Translations under genes and position numbers: made by a program
The notes under the pieces: model-generated
Databases searched by the model: none
Told to the model about the DNA's origin: nothing
The model's input: the letters and a program-made list of their open reading frames with translations, nothing else
Origin: Ignavibacteria bacterium
GTDB lineage: Bacteria; Bacteroidota; Ignavibacteria; Ch128b
NCBI GenBank assembly: GCA_013177855.1
Contig: JABLYA010000001.1
Location: forward strand, 1,527,573 to 1,591,572
Direction: 5' to 3'
Length of the DNA stretch: 64,000 nucleotides
Part shown: piece by piece, positions 49,908 to 58,974 of the stretch
How the letters are laid out: the number at the start of each line of letters is the position of its first letter
Position numbering within the stretch: position 1 is the first letter of the stretch

Positions 49908-49963
49908 TTTTAATAAAAAAACAAAAAATCCTTTCTCCACTCTTTAGAAGCAGAGAAAGGATA
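49908..49963 (-). terminator. Candidate rho-independent terminator downstream of icd
   Basis: Minus-strand hairpin atcctttctc...gagaaaggat followed by a U-rich run (plus-strand A-run 49908-49927). Confidence 0.55.
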
Positions 49964-49978
49964 AATTAAATCAACAAA

Positions 49979-51229
49979 TTACATATGATCAACTATGTTC
50001 TTACCGAATTCAGAACATTTAATTTCAGTTGCGCCTTCCATCAATCGGGCAAAATCATAAGTTACTCGTTTGCTTGCAATTGCACCGCTGATTCCTTTTA
50101 TGATTAAATCAGCAGCTTCCGTCCAGCCCATATATCTAAACATCATTTCTCCAGATAAAATTACAGACGAAGGATTTACTTTATCCAGTCCTGCATATTT
50201 TGGAGCGGTTCCGTGAGTTGCTTCAAAGATTGCGTGACCCGATTCGTAATTGATATTTGCACCTGGTGCAATTCCAATTCCTCCGACCTGAGCGGCTAAT
50301 GCATCGGAAATATAATCACCATTTAAGTTCATCGTTGCAATCACATCGTATTCGGCAGGGCGAGTTAAAATTTGTTGTAAGAAGTTATCGGCAATTGCAT
50401 CTTTAATTAAGATTTTTCCTTCAGGAACATTTCCCTGACATTCATCCCAAGTTACAACTTGATCACGAAATTCTCTTGTTGCAAGAGCATAACCCCAGTT
50501 TCTAAATGCACCTTCAGTAAATTTCATAATGTTGCCTTTGTGAACGAGTGTAACGCTTTTTCGATTGTTTTTAATTGCGTAATTAATTGCAGCACGAACA
50601 AGTCTTTCTGTCCCTTCTCGTGAGATTGGTTTAATTCCAATTCCACTTGTATTGGGGAAACGAATCTTTTTTACGCCCATTTCGTTTTGTAGAAATTCAA
50701 TGACTTTTTTTGCTTCAGGTGATTCTGCTTCCCATTCAATTCCTGCGTAAATATCTTCTGTGTTCTCTCTGAAAATTACCATATCAACAAGTTCAGGATG
50801 TTTGACAGGCGAAGGGACGCCAGGGAAATATTGAACTGGTCTCAAGCAGACATAAAGATCAAGTAACTGTCTTAATGCAACATTAATTGATCTAATTCCA
50901 CCGCCAACAGGAGTTGTCATTGGACCTTTAATTGCAATTAAATATTCTTTAATGGCTTCAAGAGTTTCGTCGGGAAGCCAGGTGTTTGGTCCATAGACTT
51001 CGTTTGATTTTTCACCAGCATAAACTTCCATCCAGACAATTTTTCTTTTTCCACCGTAAGCTTTTTCAACTGCTTTATCAAATACATATTGGGCTGCTCG
51101 CCAAATGTCGGGACCGGTTCCATCTCCTTCAATGAAAGGGATAATTGGTTTATCAGGCACATTTAGTTTTCCGTCCTGAATTGTAATTTTTTCACCTTCA
51201 GTGGGCACTTTGATTTTGTTGTACTTCAT
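49979..51229 (-). CDS. icd: NADP-dependent isocitrate dehydrogenase
   Basis: Typical prokaryotic Icd N-terminus ([39 protein letters not shown]) and isocitrate/isopropylmalate dehydrogenase motifs; 416 aa. Confidence 0.9.
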   Translation of the reverse strand: MKYNKIKVPTEGEKITIQDGKLNVPDKPIIPFIEGDGTGPDIWRAAQYVFDKAVEKAYGGKRKIVWMEVYAGEKSNEVYGPNTWLPDETLEAIKEYLIAIKGPMTTPVGGGIRSINVALRQLLDLYVCLRPVQYFPGVPSPVKHPELVDMVIFRENTEDIYAGIEWEAESPEAKKVIEFLQNEMGVKKIRFPNTSGIGIKPISREGTERLVRAAINYAIKNNRKSVTLVHKGNIMKFTEGAFRNWGYALATREFRDQVVTWDECQGNVPEGKILIKDAIADNFLQQILTRPAEYDVIATMNLNGDYISDALAAQVGGIGIAPGANINYESGHAIFEATHGTAPKYAGLDKVNPSSVILSGEMMFRYMGWTEAADLIIKGISGAIASKRVTYDFARLMEGATEIKCSEFGKNIVDHM

Positions 51230-51718
51230 CTCAATAATTCCTCTCTTTTATTTACTACAAATTTAGAAAAATTTATTGCGTGTTTTTTGGCAAGAAGTTT
51301 TATTTGAAGTGAATACGTATGTATGTGAAAATTAAAAATTAATAAACTCCTTTCAATTAAAGATTAAAAATTCTAAGTGTGAAAAGAATTTTTATTATCT
51401 AACGAATTTACTTTTCTGAAATGTGATCATAGCATTCAATTGGCTAATGAATCAACGAATGAAATTGATCTCTCAAATAATTAATAAATGAATGTTAATT
51501 GATTACAAGAGTGACTTACTCGCATAACTAAGAATTAATTTTTTCAATTGTGAAATAAAATTAAAAAAAGCTGTTTCAGAATAAAGATTAAATTTTATTT
51601 TCAAAGCTTTTTGCTGGCATAGGATGTGATTTAATCAGTCGACTATTAAAATTAATCGTTAATGATTAAAAAATTTTTGCATTCGAATAAAAGTCACACC
51701 AATAATTTTTAATGATCT

Positions 51719-53038
51719 ATGCTAATCTCAATTAAAAAATCATTTAAAGGCGGTGTTCATCCTGAAGAGTATAAAGAATTAACTAAAGATAAAGCATTTG
51801 AGAAATTACCAAATCCTGTTGAAATTTCGATTCCTCTTTCACAACATTTAGGGAAGGAATCAATTCCAATTGTTAAGAAAAATGATAAGGTAAAAATCGG
51901 AACATTAATAGCTGCTGAAAACGGATTTATTTCTGCACCAATTCATAGTCCAACAGCGGGAATTGTTTCATCAATCACCAAGACATTTTTACAAACTGGA
52001 TTTCAAATATCATCAATTCAAATTAAGTCTGACTCTTCAAATGAAACAGAATTTTTACAACCGCTTGATTACGATTCAATTTCACCCCAGCAAATAATTC
52101 AAAGAGTTCGTGAAGCTGGAATTGTTGGACTTGGCGGAGCTGCGTTTCCGACATATGTAAAGTTATCTCCTCCAGCAAACAAGAAAATTGATCATATAAT
52201 TTTAAATGCTTGTGAATGTGAGCCTTATTTAACTCGTGACTATCGAATAATTCTTGAAAGAACTGATGATGTGATTAAAGGTCTTCTTTTGATTATGCGA
52301 GCAACGAATGTTAACAATGGTGTGATTGGAATTGAAGACAATAAACCCGCAGCAATTAAAAAGTTAAAAGAAGCTCTATCGAATTATCCGCAAATCAAAT
52401 TAATTGTTCTTAAGACAAAGTATCCTCAAGGCGCTGAGAAAATGTTAATTAAGGCGGTGCTTGGCAGAGAAGTTCCTCCAGGAAAATTACCGCTTGATGT
52501 TGGCGTGATTGTTCAGAATGTTGGAACTGCCGTCTCGATTTATGATGCAGTTGTTAAAGGAATTCCATCAATTTATGCTTATCTGACAGTTAGCGGAAAA
52601 GGAATTAAAGATCCAAAAAATTTAATAGTACCTATTGGAGCAAGTATCAAGGATGTGGTTGAATTTTGCGGCGGCTTGACTGATGATGCAAAAAGAATCG
52701 TAATTGGCGGGCCAATGATGGGCTTTGCTCAGTTTGACTTATCAATTCCTGTGACAAAAGCAACATCGGGAATTCTTGTTTTAACTGAAGAAGAAGTCAA
52801 AGAAATTCCAGAAACTAATTGTTTAAGATGTGGAATTTGCGTAAGTGTGTGTCCATTGAATATTACTCCTACTCGACTTGTGAGATTAATTCAGAAGAAA
52901 AGATTTGAGGAAGCAGCAAAACTCAACGTTTCGCTTTGCATGGAATGCGGAACTTGTGCTTATAGTTGTCCAGCATATATTCCGCTTGTCCAGTGGTTAA
53001 GATTGGGAAAACAATGGGCTTTGAAAAATAAGGTTTAA
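51719..53038 (+). CDS. rnfC: Rnf electron transport complex subunit C
   Basis: N-terminal FKGGVHP, NADH-binding-like GLGGAAFPT, two C-terminal 4Fe-4S ferredoxin motifs (CLRCGICVSVCP, CMECGTCAYSCP). Confidence 0.85.
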   Translation: MLISIKKSFKGGVHPEEYKELTKDKAFEKLPNPVEISIPLSQHLGKESIPIVKKNDKVKIGTLIAAENGFISAPIHSPTAGIVSSITKTFLQTGFQISSIQIKSDSSNETEFLQPLDYDSISPQQIIQRVREAGIVGLGGAAFPTYVKLSPPANKKIDHIILNACECEPYLTRDYRIILERTDDVIKGLLLIMRATNVNNGVIGIEDNKPAAIKKLKEALSNYPQIKLIVLKTKYPQGAEKMLIKAVLGREVPPGKLPLDVGVIVQNVGTAVSIYDAVVKGIPSIYAYLTVSGKGIKDPKNLIVPIGASIKDVVEFCGGLTDDAKRIVIGGPMMGFAQFDLSIPVTKATSGILVLTEEEVKEIPETNCLRCGICVSVCPLNITPTRLVRLIQKKRFEEAAKLNVSLCMECGTCAYSCPAYIPLVQWLRLGKQWALKNKV

Positions 53039-53062
53039 TAAAATTATAATTTTTGAAAAACT

Positions 53063-54019
53063 ATGGATGAGAAGCAAACAAAATATAGTTTTGAATATCG
53101 AACCTCACCGCACTTGCATTCGAAATTTTCAACTTCTCAGGTGATGTGGCTGGTCAATTTAAGTTTACTTCCATGTTTGATTTCTGGAGTTATTTTGTTT
53201 GGAGCTTATCAACTTGTAATAGTTTTGACAGCAATTATTTTTTCTATCTTGACAGAATTCTTAATTCAAAAATTTACAAAGCAAAAAATAACCATCAGCG
53301 ATGGAAGTGCATTCTTAACAGGATTGCTTTTAGCTTTAACTCTTCCACCGAATTTTTCGTTGAGTGCAACTGCAATCGGGGCAATCTTTGCAATAGGAAT
53401 TGGTAAACAAGTTTTTGGCGGTTTAGGATATAACATTTTTAATCCTGCTCTTGCTGGTAGAGCGTTTCTTCAAGCAGCTTTTCCAGTTGAAATCACAACC
53501 TGGACAAAGCCAGCATATTCTGTTGATGCTGTAACTTCAGCAACTCCTCTTGCTGCATTTAAGTACGATAGAGTTTTAACTGAATTAAAACCTTTGATTG
53601 TAGGAAATGTTGGTGGATGTATTGGCGAGACATCGGCAATTGCAATTTTAGCTGGCGGAATATTTTTGATTTTAATTGGTATAGTTAATTATAGAATTCC
53701 TCTTGCGATGATTATTGGGATTTTTCTTTTTGGTGGAATATTTAATCTGATTGATCCAGCAAAATATCCTCCACCAATCTTTCATCTTTTTGCCGGCGGC
53801 TTTTTGTTGGGTGCATTTTTTATGGCAACTGATTATGTAACTTCTCCAATCTCTTCTAAAGGAATGTGGATTTATGGACTTGGAATTTCGCTTGTTATTA
53901 TAATCATTCGTTTGTTTGGCGGAGTCCCTGAAGGCGTAATGTATTCAATTCTCTTTATGAACGCATTTGTTCCATTAATTAATAGATATACGCTTCCAAA
54001 ACCATTTGGAATGAAGTGA
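53063..54019 (+). CDS. rnfD: Rnf complex subunit D
   Basis: Polytopic membrane protein with NqrB/RnfD FMN-attachment-like motif (VDAVTSATPL). Confidence 0.85.
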   Translation: MDEKQTKYSFEYRTSPHLHSKFSTSQVMWLVNLSLLPCLISGVILFGAYQLVIVLTAIIFSILTEFLIQKFTKQKITISDGSAFLTGLLLALTLPPNFSLSATAIGAIFAIGIGKQVFGGLGYNIFNPALAGRAFLQAAFPVEITTWTKPAYSVDAVTSATPLAAFKYDRVLTELKPLIVGNVGGCIGETSAIAILAGGIFLILIGIVNYRIPLAMIIGIFLFGGIFNLIDPAKYPPPIFHLFAGGFLLGAFFMATDYVTSPISSKGMWIYGLGISLVIIIIRLFGGVPEGVMYSILFMNAFVPLINRYTLPKPFGMK

Positions 54020-54579
54020 TGAAAAAGGTTTTACAAATTATTCTTGTTTTAACTTTTACTGCTGTTGTCTCGGGATTTGTTTTATCAAGTGTAAATAACT
54101 GGGCTAAACCATTAATTGAAGAGAATAGAATCAAAGCAATTTCGCAAGCTATCTTTCTTGTTCAACAAAGTGGCGTACGATATGAAAAATTAAAAATTGA
54201 TGAGATAGATGTTTTTGAAGTGTTCGATGAAAATAATAACTCAATTGGTTATGCAGTTGTAAGTGAAGGCAATGGATTTCAAGGAACAATTAAATTAATC
54301 TTTGGAATTGATAAAGATTTAAATCGCATTAAGGCTATCGAAATCCTTGAACAAGTAGAAACTCCAGGACTCGGTTCACTCATTACTGAAGACAATTTCA
54401 AAAATCGATTTAAGAATTTGAATACTCAGCCATTAATTCAAGTTGGGAAAGGTAAAAAACCTTCAAATGATAATGAGGTTCAGGCAATCACTGGTGCAAC
54501 TATCTCCTCCAAAGCAGTTGTGAGAATTGTAAATGATGCAATTAGTAAGTTGAAGAAGTTCAATGGAATTCAGAAATGA
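54016..54579 (+). CDS. rnfG: Rnf complex subunit G (FMN-binding)
   Basis: Single N-terminal TM helix and FMN-attachment motif ITGATISS. Confidence 0.8.
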   Translation: MMKKVLQIILVLTFTAVVSGFVLSSVNNWAKPLIEENRIKAISQAIFLVQQSGVRYEKLKIDEIDVFEVFDENNNSIGYAVVSEGNGFQGTIKLIFGIDKDLNRIKAIEILEQVETPGLGSLITEDNFKNRFKNLNTQPLIQVGKGKKPSNDNEVQAITGATISSKAVVRIVNDAISKLKKFNGIQK

Positions 54580-55226
54580 AAAAGCAAGTCAGTTTACATT
54601 ACGAATTTTTAAAAGGTTTGTGGGATATTAATCCTATCTTTAAACAAATTCTTGGAATGTGTCCAACTCTGGCTGTAACTGTTTCTGCAATCAATGGTCT
54701 GGCAATGGGACTGGCAACTACTTTTGTTTTGATTTTTTCAAGTGTGATAATTTCAAGTGTACGAAAGATTGTTCCAAATCAGGTTAGAATTGCAACTTAC
54801 ATTTTAATTATTTCCACATTTGTTACAATCGTTGACCTCGTGATGAAAGCCAAGTTTCCAGAATTAAGCAAAGCACTCGGACCATTCATTCCTTTGATTG
54901 TTGTGAATTGCATTATCCTGGGTAGAGCTGAAGCTTTTGCATCAAAAAACAATGTGCTTAGATCTTTTTTAGATGCTCTTGGAAATGGGACAGGATTCCT
55001 TCTTGCTCTTCTCGTTCTTGGAAGCATCAGAGAAATCTTAGGAACAAGAAGTGTCTTCGGCTTTCAAATTCTTCCAGATGGATTTTCAACATGGATGGTA
55101 ATGATTTTACCTGCTGGTGCATTCCTCACACTTGGATTGCTGCTTGGATTTGCAAATGCTTATACAAACTGGAAAAAGAAAAATCAAAAGAACAAGTTTT
55201 TCAAACGAAGTGATAAAGTGAGGTGA
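54576..55226 (+). CDS. rnfE: Rnf complex subunit E
   Basis: LGMCPTLAVT motif and RnfE/NqrD-type hydrophobic profile. Confidence 0.8.
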   Translation: MKKQVSLHYEFLKGLWDINPIFKQILGMCPTLAVTVSAINGLAMGLATTFVLIFSSVIISSVRKIVPNQVRIATYILIISTFVTIVDLVMKAKFPELSKALGPFIPLIVVNCIILGRAEAFASKNNVLRSFLDALGNGTGFLLALLVLGSIREILGTRSVFGFQILPDGFSTWMVMILPAGAFLTLGLLLGFANAYTNWKKKNQKNKFFKRSDKVR

Positions 55227-55229
55227 TGG

Positions 55230-55802
55230 ATGGAATTAATTATAATTTTTTTAAGTGCTGCTCTGATTAACAACTTTGTTCTCTCGTATTTTCTTGGAAT
55301 TTGTCCTTTCATTGGAGTATCGAGCAAAATATCTTCCGCTGTTTCGATGGGGCTTGCGGTGATTTTTGTGATGACAATTACTGCTATTGTAAGCTGGCTG
55401 ATTAATCATATGATTTTAATTCCTTATCATCTTGAGTTTCTTACAATCCCTTCTTTTATTCTTGTGATTGCGTCGCTTGTTCAATTTGTTGAAATGGTAA
55501 TTAAAAAAGTCAGCTCGGCAATTTATCGTGCACTTGGAATTTTTCTTCCATTAATAACAACCAATTGCGCAATTCTTGGATTGGCTCTTTTTGCATCAAT
55601 GAGAGAATATACTTTAATTCAAAGTGTGATTTTCGCTCTCGGAGCTGGCAGCGGTTTTACTCTCGCACTTGTAATTATGGCTGGAATTCGTGAAGAACTT
55701 GAATTAGCAAATGTCCCCAAACCTTTTCAAGGTGCTCCAATAACTTTAATTGTTGCTGGACTTTTAGCTTTAACATTTATGGGTTTTGCCGGAATTATTT
55801 AA
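55230..55802 (+). CDS. rnfA: Rnf complex subunit A
   Basis: LGICPFIGVSSK motif and RnfA/NqrE-type hydrophobic profile. Confidence 0.8.
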   Translation: MELIIIFLSAALINNFVLSYFLGICPFIGVSSKISSAVSMGLAVIFVMTITAIVSWLINHMILIPYHLEFLTIPSFILVIASLVQFVEMVIKKVSSAIYRALGIFLPLITTNCAILGLALFASMREYTLIQSVIFALGAGSGFTLALVIMAGIREELELANVPKPFQGAPITLIVAGLLALTFMGFAGII

Positions 55803-55812
55803 GGAGTTAATT

Positions 55813-56583
55813 ATGATTTCAAGAAGAGATTTTTTAAAACTTGCTGGATTATCAACTGTCGCTTTTACTGCTGGAATAAAACTCGGCAATTTTGTGAAGA
55901 ACTCTGAGGGATCACATATTTACTTAACAGCTTTCCTTCCAGAAAATGATCTTTATTTGAATTTTGTTCTTCAAAAATTTTTAGATCAAGTTGAATCTTA
56001 TGAAGGAAGCGACAACAGTGTAAAAAGTTTAAGGAAAATTCGTTTCGCAAAAAATTTATTGTGTGATAATGATAAATCGAACGATTTGAAGAGAATATGT
56101 AATGGAGATTCAGAGATTATTATCTCAGGAGATTGTCTGATTATATTTCAAACTCTCAATGGAAATTTGAATTCAGATATCTTTCTAAAAGACGATAAAC
56201 ATTCCATTTATCAACCTGATGAAATTTCAGAACTATTTTTTATTCGAGATGAAATTTTAAATCAACAAGCAAAATATAAATTGATCTGTGAGTACAAAAA
56301 AGAAAACCTGCTTGATAAATTTCTTCAGTTTAAAGAGAAAAAGGTCATTGTTGAAGTTGATAATGATATTGTAGAAGAAATTCCTATTAGCAAAACTTAT
56401 AAGCAAATTTCGGTTAATGGGTCATCGGGTAAAATACATTTTTCAGTTCAGGATGGAAAAGTTTTTGTAACCGAATCATCTTGCAGGAATAAGCTGTGTG
56501 TCCACTCAGGATTAATTGAGAATTTAAATCAGAATATCGTGTGTGCACCAAATAAAGTTATAATTAGAATTGGCAATGCATAA
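55813..56583 (+). CDS. TAT-signal exported protein of unknown function with C-terminal Cys-containing (NusG-domain-II-like) motif, embedded in rnf operon
   Basis: Start moved to ATG 55813 (aaggag RBS 7 nt upstream, in frame with track ORF); twin-arginine motif MISRRDFLKLAGLSTVAFTAG; C-terminal SSCRNKLCVHSGLI...VCAPNKVIIRI. Confidence 0.45.
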   Translation: MISRRDFLKLAGLSTVAFTAGIKLGNFVKNSEGSHIYLTAFLPENDLYLNFVLQKFLDQVESYEGSDNSVKSLRKIRFAKNLLCDNDKSNDLKRICNGDSEIIISGDCLIIFQTLNGNLNSDIFLKDDKHSIYQPDEISELFFIRDEILNQQAKYKLICEYKKENLLDKFLQFKEKKVIVEVDNDIVEEIPISKTYKQISVNGSSGKIHFSVQDGKVFVTESSCRNKLCVHSGLIENLNQNIVCAPNKVIIRIGNA

Positions 56584-57637
56584 TCAATCAAGTTTTAAAA
56601 AAAACATTCTTTTTGCTCTTATAATCATTCTGTTTTTTTTGATTGGATTATGGATTAGTAATAAACCAAATGGAGAAAAACTTTATTCTAAAAGTAAATT
56701 TTATCTTGGCTCAATTGTGGAAGTTCAGTTTTATTGTGATGATGAAAAATCAGCCGATCATTTGATGAAAGTTGTTTTTGATGAATTTGAAAGAATAGAC
56801 AAAAAATATTCATTTTACTCGAGTGAAAGTTATTTAGCAGAAGTAAATTCGGATACATCCTCTCTGATTGAAGTCGATGATGAGACTTTTTTAATTATTA
56901 AGCTTTGTGATTCAGTTTACAATATTACTAATGGAAAATTCGACGCATCAATTGGCTCATTAACAAAACTCTGGAAAAAATATATTGAAGGCGAAGATTT
57001 TTCTCTTTTAAGAGTGAGCTATGGTAAAGATGAGCCAGAGAACCCAAAACTAATTCCTGATGAAGAAGAAATTAATTATTCAAAGAACAACTCTGGATGG
57101 ATAAATCTTCGAATTGCAGGCGAAAATAAAATTGAAAGATTTAAGAAGTTCTCTTTAAACTTCGATGCAATTATTCAAGGTTATGCTGCTGATCGTGCAA
57201 TTAAAATATTAAGATCTAATGGAATTGAAAAAGCTCTTGTAAATGCGAGCGGAGAGATACGAGTAATTGGCAATAACTGGAGAATAGGAATAAAACATCC
57301 GAGAAACCTTAATCAATTAATTGAAAAAGTTAAACTATCAGATTACTCTATCGCAACATCGGGCGATTATGAAAAATTTATTGAAGTGGACGGGAGAAGA
57401 TATCATCACATTATTGACCCCGAAACTGGTTTTCCGTCTACAAAAAATATGAGCGTGACTGTTATTGCTAAAGACTGTGCATTAGCTGATGCGCTTGCAA
57501 CCGGATTTTTTTCACTTGAACCCGAAGAGATTATTCGCATAACTAATAGCCTTGATGATGTTTATGTTTTTATAGTCGATTCAAGAAATCAGATCCATAA
57601 ATCTCGAAACTTTGATAAATTTTTGTGGAGGAAATGA
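56570..57637 (+). CDS. apbE: FAD:protein FMN transferase (ApbE family)
   Basis: ApbE signature SIATSGDYEKFIEVDGRRYHHIIDPETGFP; adjacent to FMN-binding RnfG/RnfD. Confidence 0.8.
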   Translation: MAMHNQSSFKKNILFALIIILFFLIGLWISNKPNGEKLYSKSKFYLGSIVEVQFYCDDEKSADHLMKVVFDEFERIDKKYSFYSSESYLAEVNSDTSSLIEVDDETFLIIKLCDSVYNITNGKFDASIGSLTKLWKKYIEGEDFSLLRVSYGKDEPENPKLIPDEEEINYSKNNSGWINLRIAGENKIERFKKFSLNFDAIIQGYAADRAIKILRSNGIEKALVNASGEIRVIGNNWRIGIKHPRNLNQLIEKVKLSDYSIATSGDYEKFIEVDGRRYHHIIDPETGFPSTKNMSVTVIAKDCALADALATGFFSLEPEEIIRITNSLDDVYVFIVDSRNQIHKSRNFDKFLWRK

Positions 57638-58470
57638 TGACAGCTGATTTAACAATTGCAATTTTTACAATGGGTGGATTGGGTTTATTGTTTTCATCAA
57701 TACTTGTTTTTGCAGATAAAAAATTAAGAGTTCAAGAAAATCCACTTATTGGTCAGATAGCTGAATTGTTACCGAATGCAAATTGTGGTGCCTGCGGTTT
57801 TGCCGGCTGCTATGATTTTGCAACGAAAGTTCTTGAAGGCAAAATTGATTTATCTAAATGTTCTGTTTGCGACAGTGATTCAAGAGAAGAAATTTCAAAA
57901 CTCCTTGGTATTGATTCATCTCAAGCAGAAAAGAAAGTTGCTCGAATTTTGTGTCGTGGTGATAATGAAGCTGCAAAAAGTAAAAATGTTTTTTACATTG
58001 GACCAACTTCCTGTTCGGCTCTTTCCTTGATGGGCGGATTAAAATTATGTCAATATGGTTGTCTTGGAGGCGGTGATTGTGTGGAAGCTTGTCCTTTTGA
58101 TGCGATGTTTATGGCAGATAATGGATTGCCAGTTGTAATCGAAGAAAAATGCACGGGTTGTGGATTGTGTGCAAAAGCTTGTCCGAGAAATATAATTGAA
58201 ATTCACCCGATTGATAGAAATGTTTTCGTTTTCTGCAAAAGTGAAGACGATCCAAAACTATCAAAGGAATTTTGTAAAAATGCCTGCATCGGTTGTGGAA
58301 TTTGTGCGAGAAAATCTGATGGTGGAATTGAAATGGTAAATTATCTTGCCGTAATTAATTATGATAAACTTGACATCTCGAAAATCCCATTTGACAAATG
58401 TTCAACCGAAGCTTTACAATTATTAAATCATCGAGAAGAAATCGTTGAACAAGTTATTCAGGCAAATTGA
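57625..58470 (+). CDS. rnfB: Rnf complex subunit B (polyferredoxin)
   Basis: N-terminal TM helix, CGACGFAGC cluster motif, multiple 4Fe-4S ferredoxin CxxCxxCxxxCP motifs; exact start (ATG 57625 vs 57634/57637) uncertain. Confidence 0.8.
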   Translation: MEEMMTADLTIAIFTMGGLGLLFSSILVFADKKLRVQENPLIGQIAELLPNANCGACGFAGCYDFATKVLEGKIDLSKCSVCDSDSREEISKLLGIDSSQAEKKVARILCRGDNEAAKSKNVFYIGPTSCSALSLMGGLKLCQYGCLGGGDCVEACPFDAMFMADNGLPVVIEEKCTGCGLCAKACPRNIIEIHPIDRNVFVFCKSEDDPKLSKEFCKNACIGCGICARKSDGGIEMVNYLAVINYDKLDISKIPFDKCSTEALQLLNHREEIVEQVIQAN

Positions 58471-58886
58471 TGGTCGAAGAAGTTCTAATTGAAGAAGGTA
58501 TTGTAACCAAAGTAACTGAAAAAGAAATTGAGATAGAGCTTATAAAAACAGGTAATTGCGATAATTGTGGGACAAAGGATTTTTGTAAGGGCGGTGAAAT
58601 AAAAACGATCACTTTAAAAAACGAATATGATTTATCAATGGGTGATAAAGTTATAATTGAAGTTCGTGGGAAAACAATTTTAAAGACGGTTTTCTTGCTT
58701 TATGGAATTCCACTTCTAATATTAATTTTATCATTCCTGATTTCATATCAAATTTTAGAAGTTAATAAAGAGTTAATTGCGAGTTCAGTGAGTTTCACTT
58801 TTATTGGAATTTATTACCTATTAATGGCTACTTATTTCAGAAAATTTGAAAATCAATTTAAAGTAAATTTGACAAGGATGAATTGA
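58467..58886 (+). CDS. rseC: RseC/MucC family protein (SoxR-reducing system component-like)
   Basis: N-terminal soluble domain with Cys cluster (GNCDNCGTKDFCKGG) followed by two TM helices; position at end of rnf operon. Confidence 0.6.
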   Translation: MMVEEVLIEEGIVTKVTEKEIEIELIKTGNCDNCGTKDFCKGGEIKTITLKNEYDLSMGDKVIIEVRGKTILKTVFLLYGIPLLILILSFLISYQILEVNKELIASSVSFTFIGIYYLLMATYFRKFENQFKVNLTRMN

Positions 58887-58974
58887 AAAACGAAAATAAC
58901 CTCTATTCTTTCGTTCTATCTAATTTACTCATCAAAAAAAATTATGAATTAAAAAATTAATGTTTGAGTTTCGT

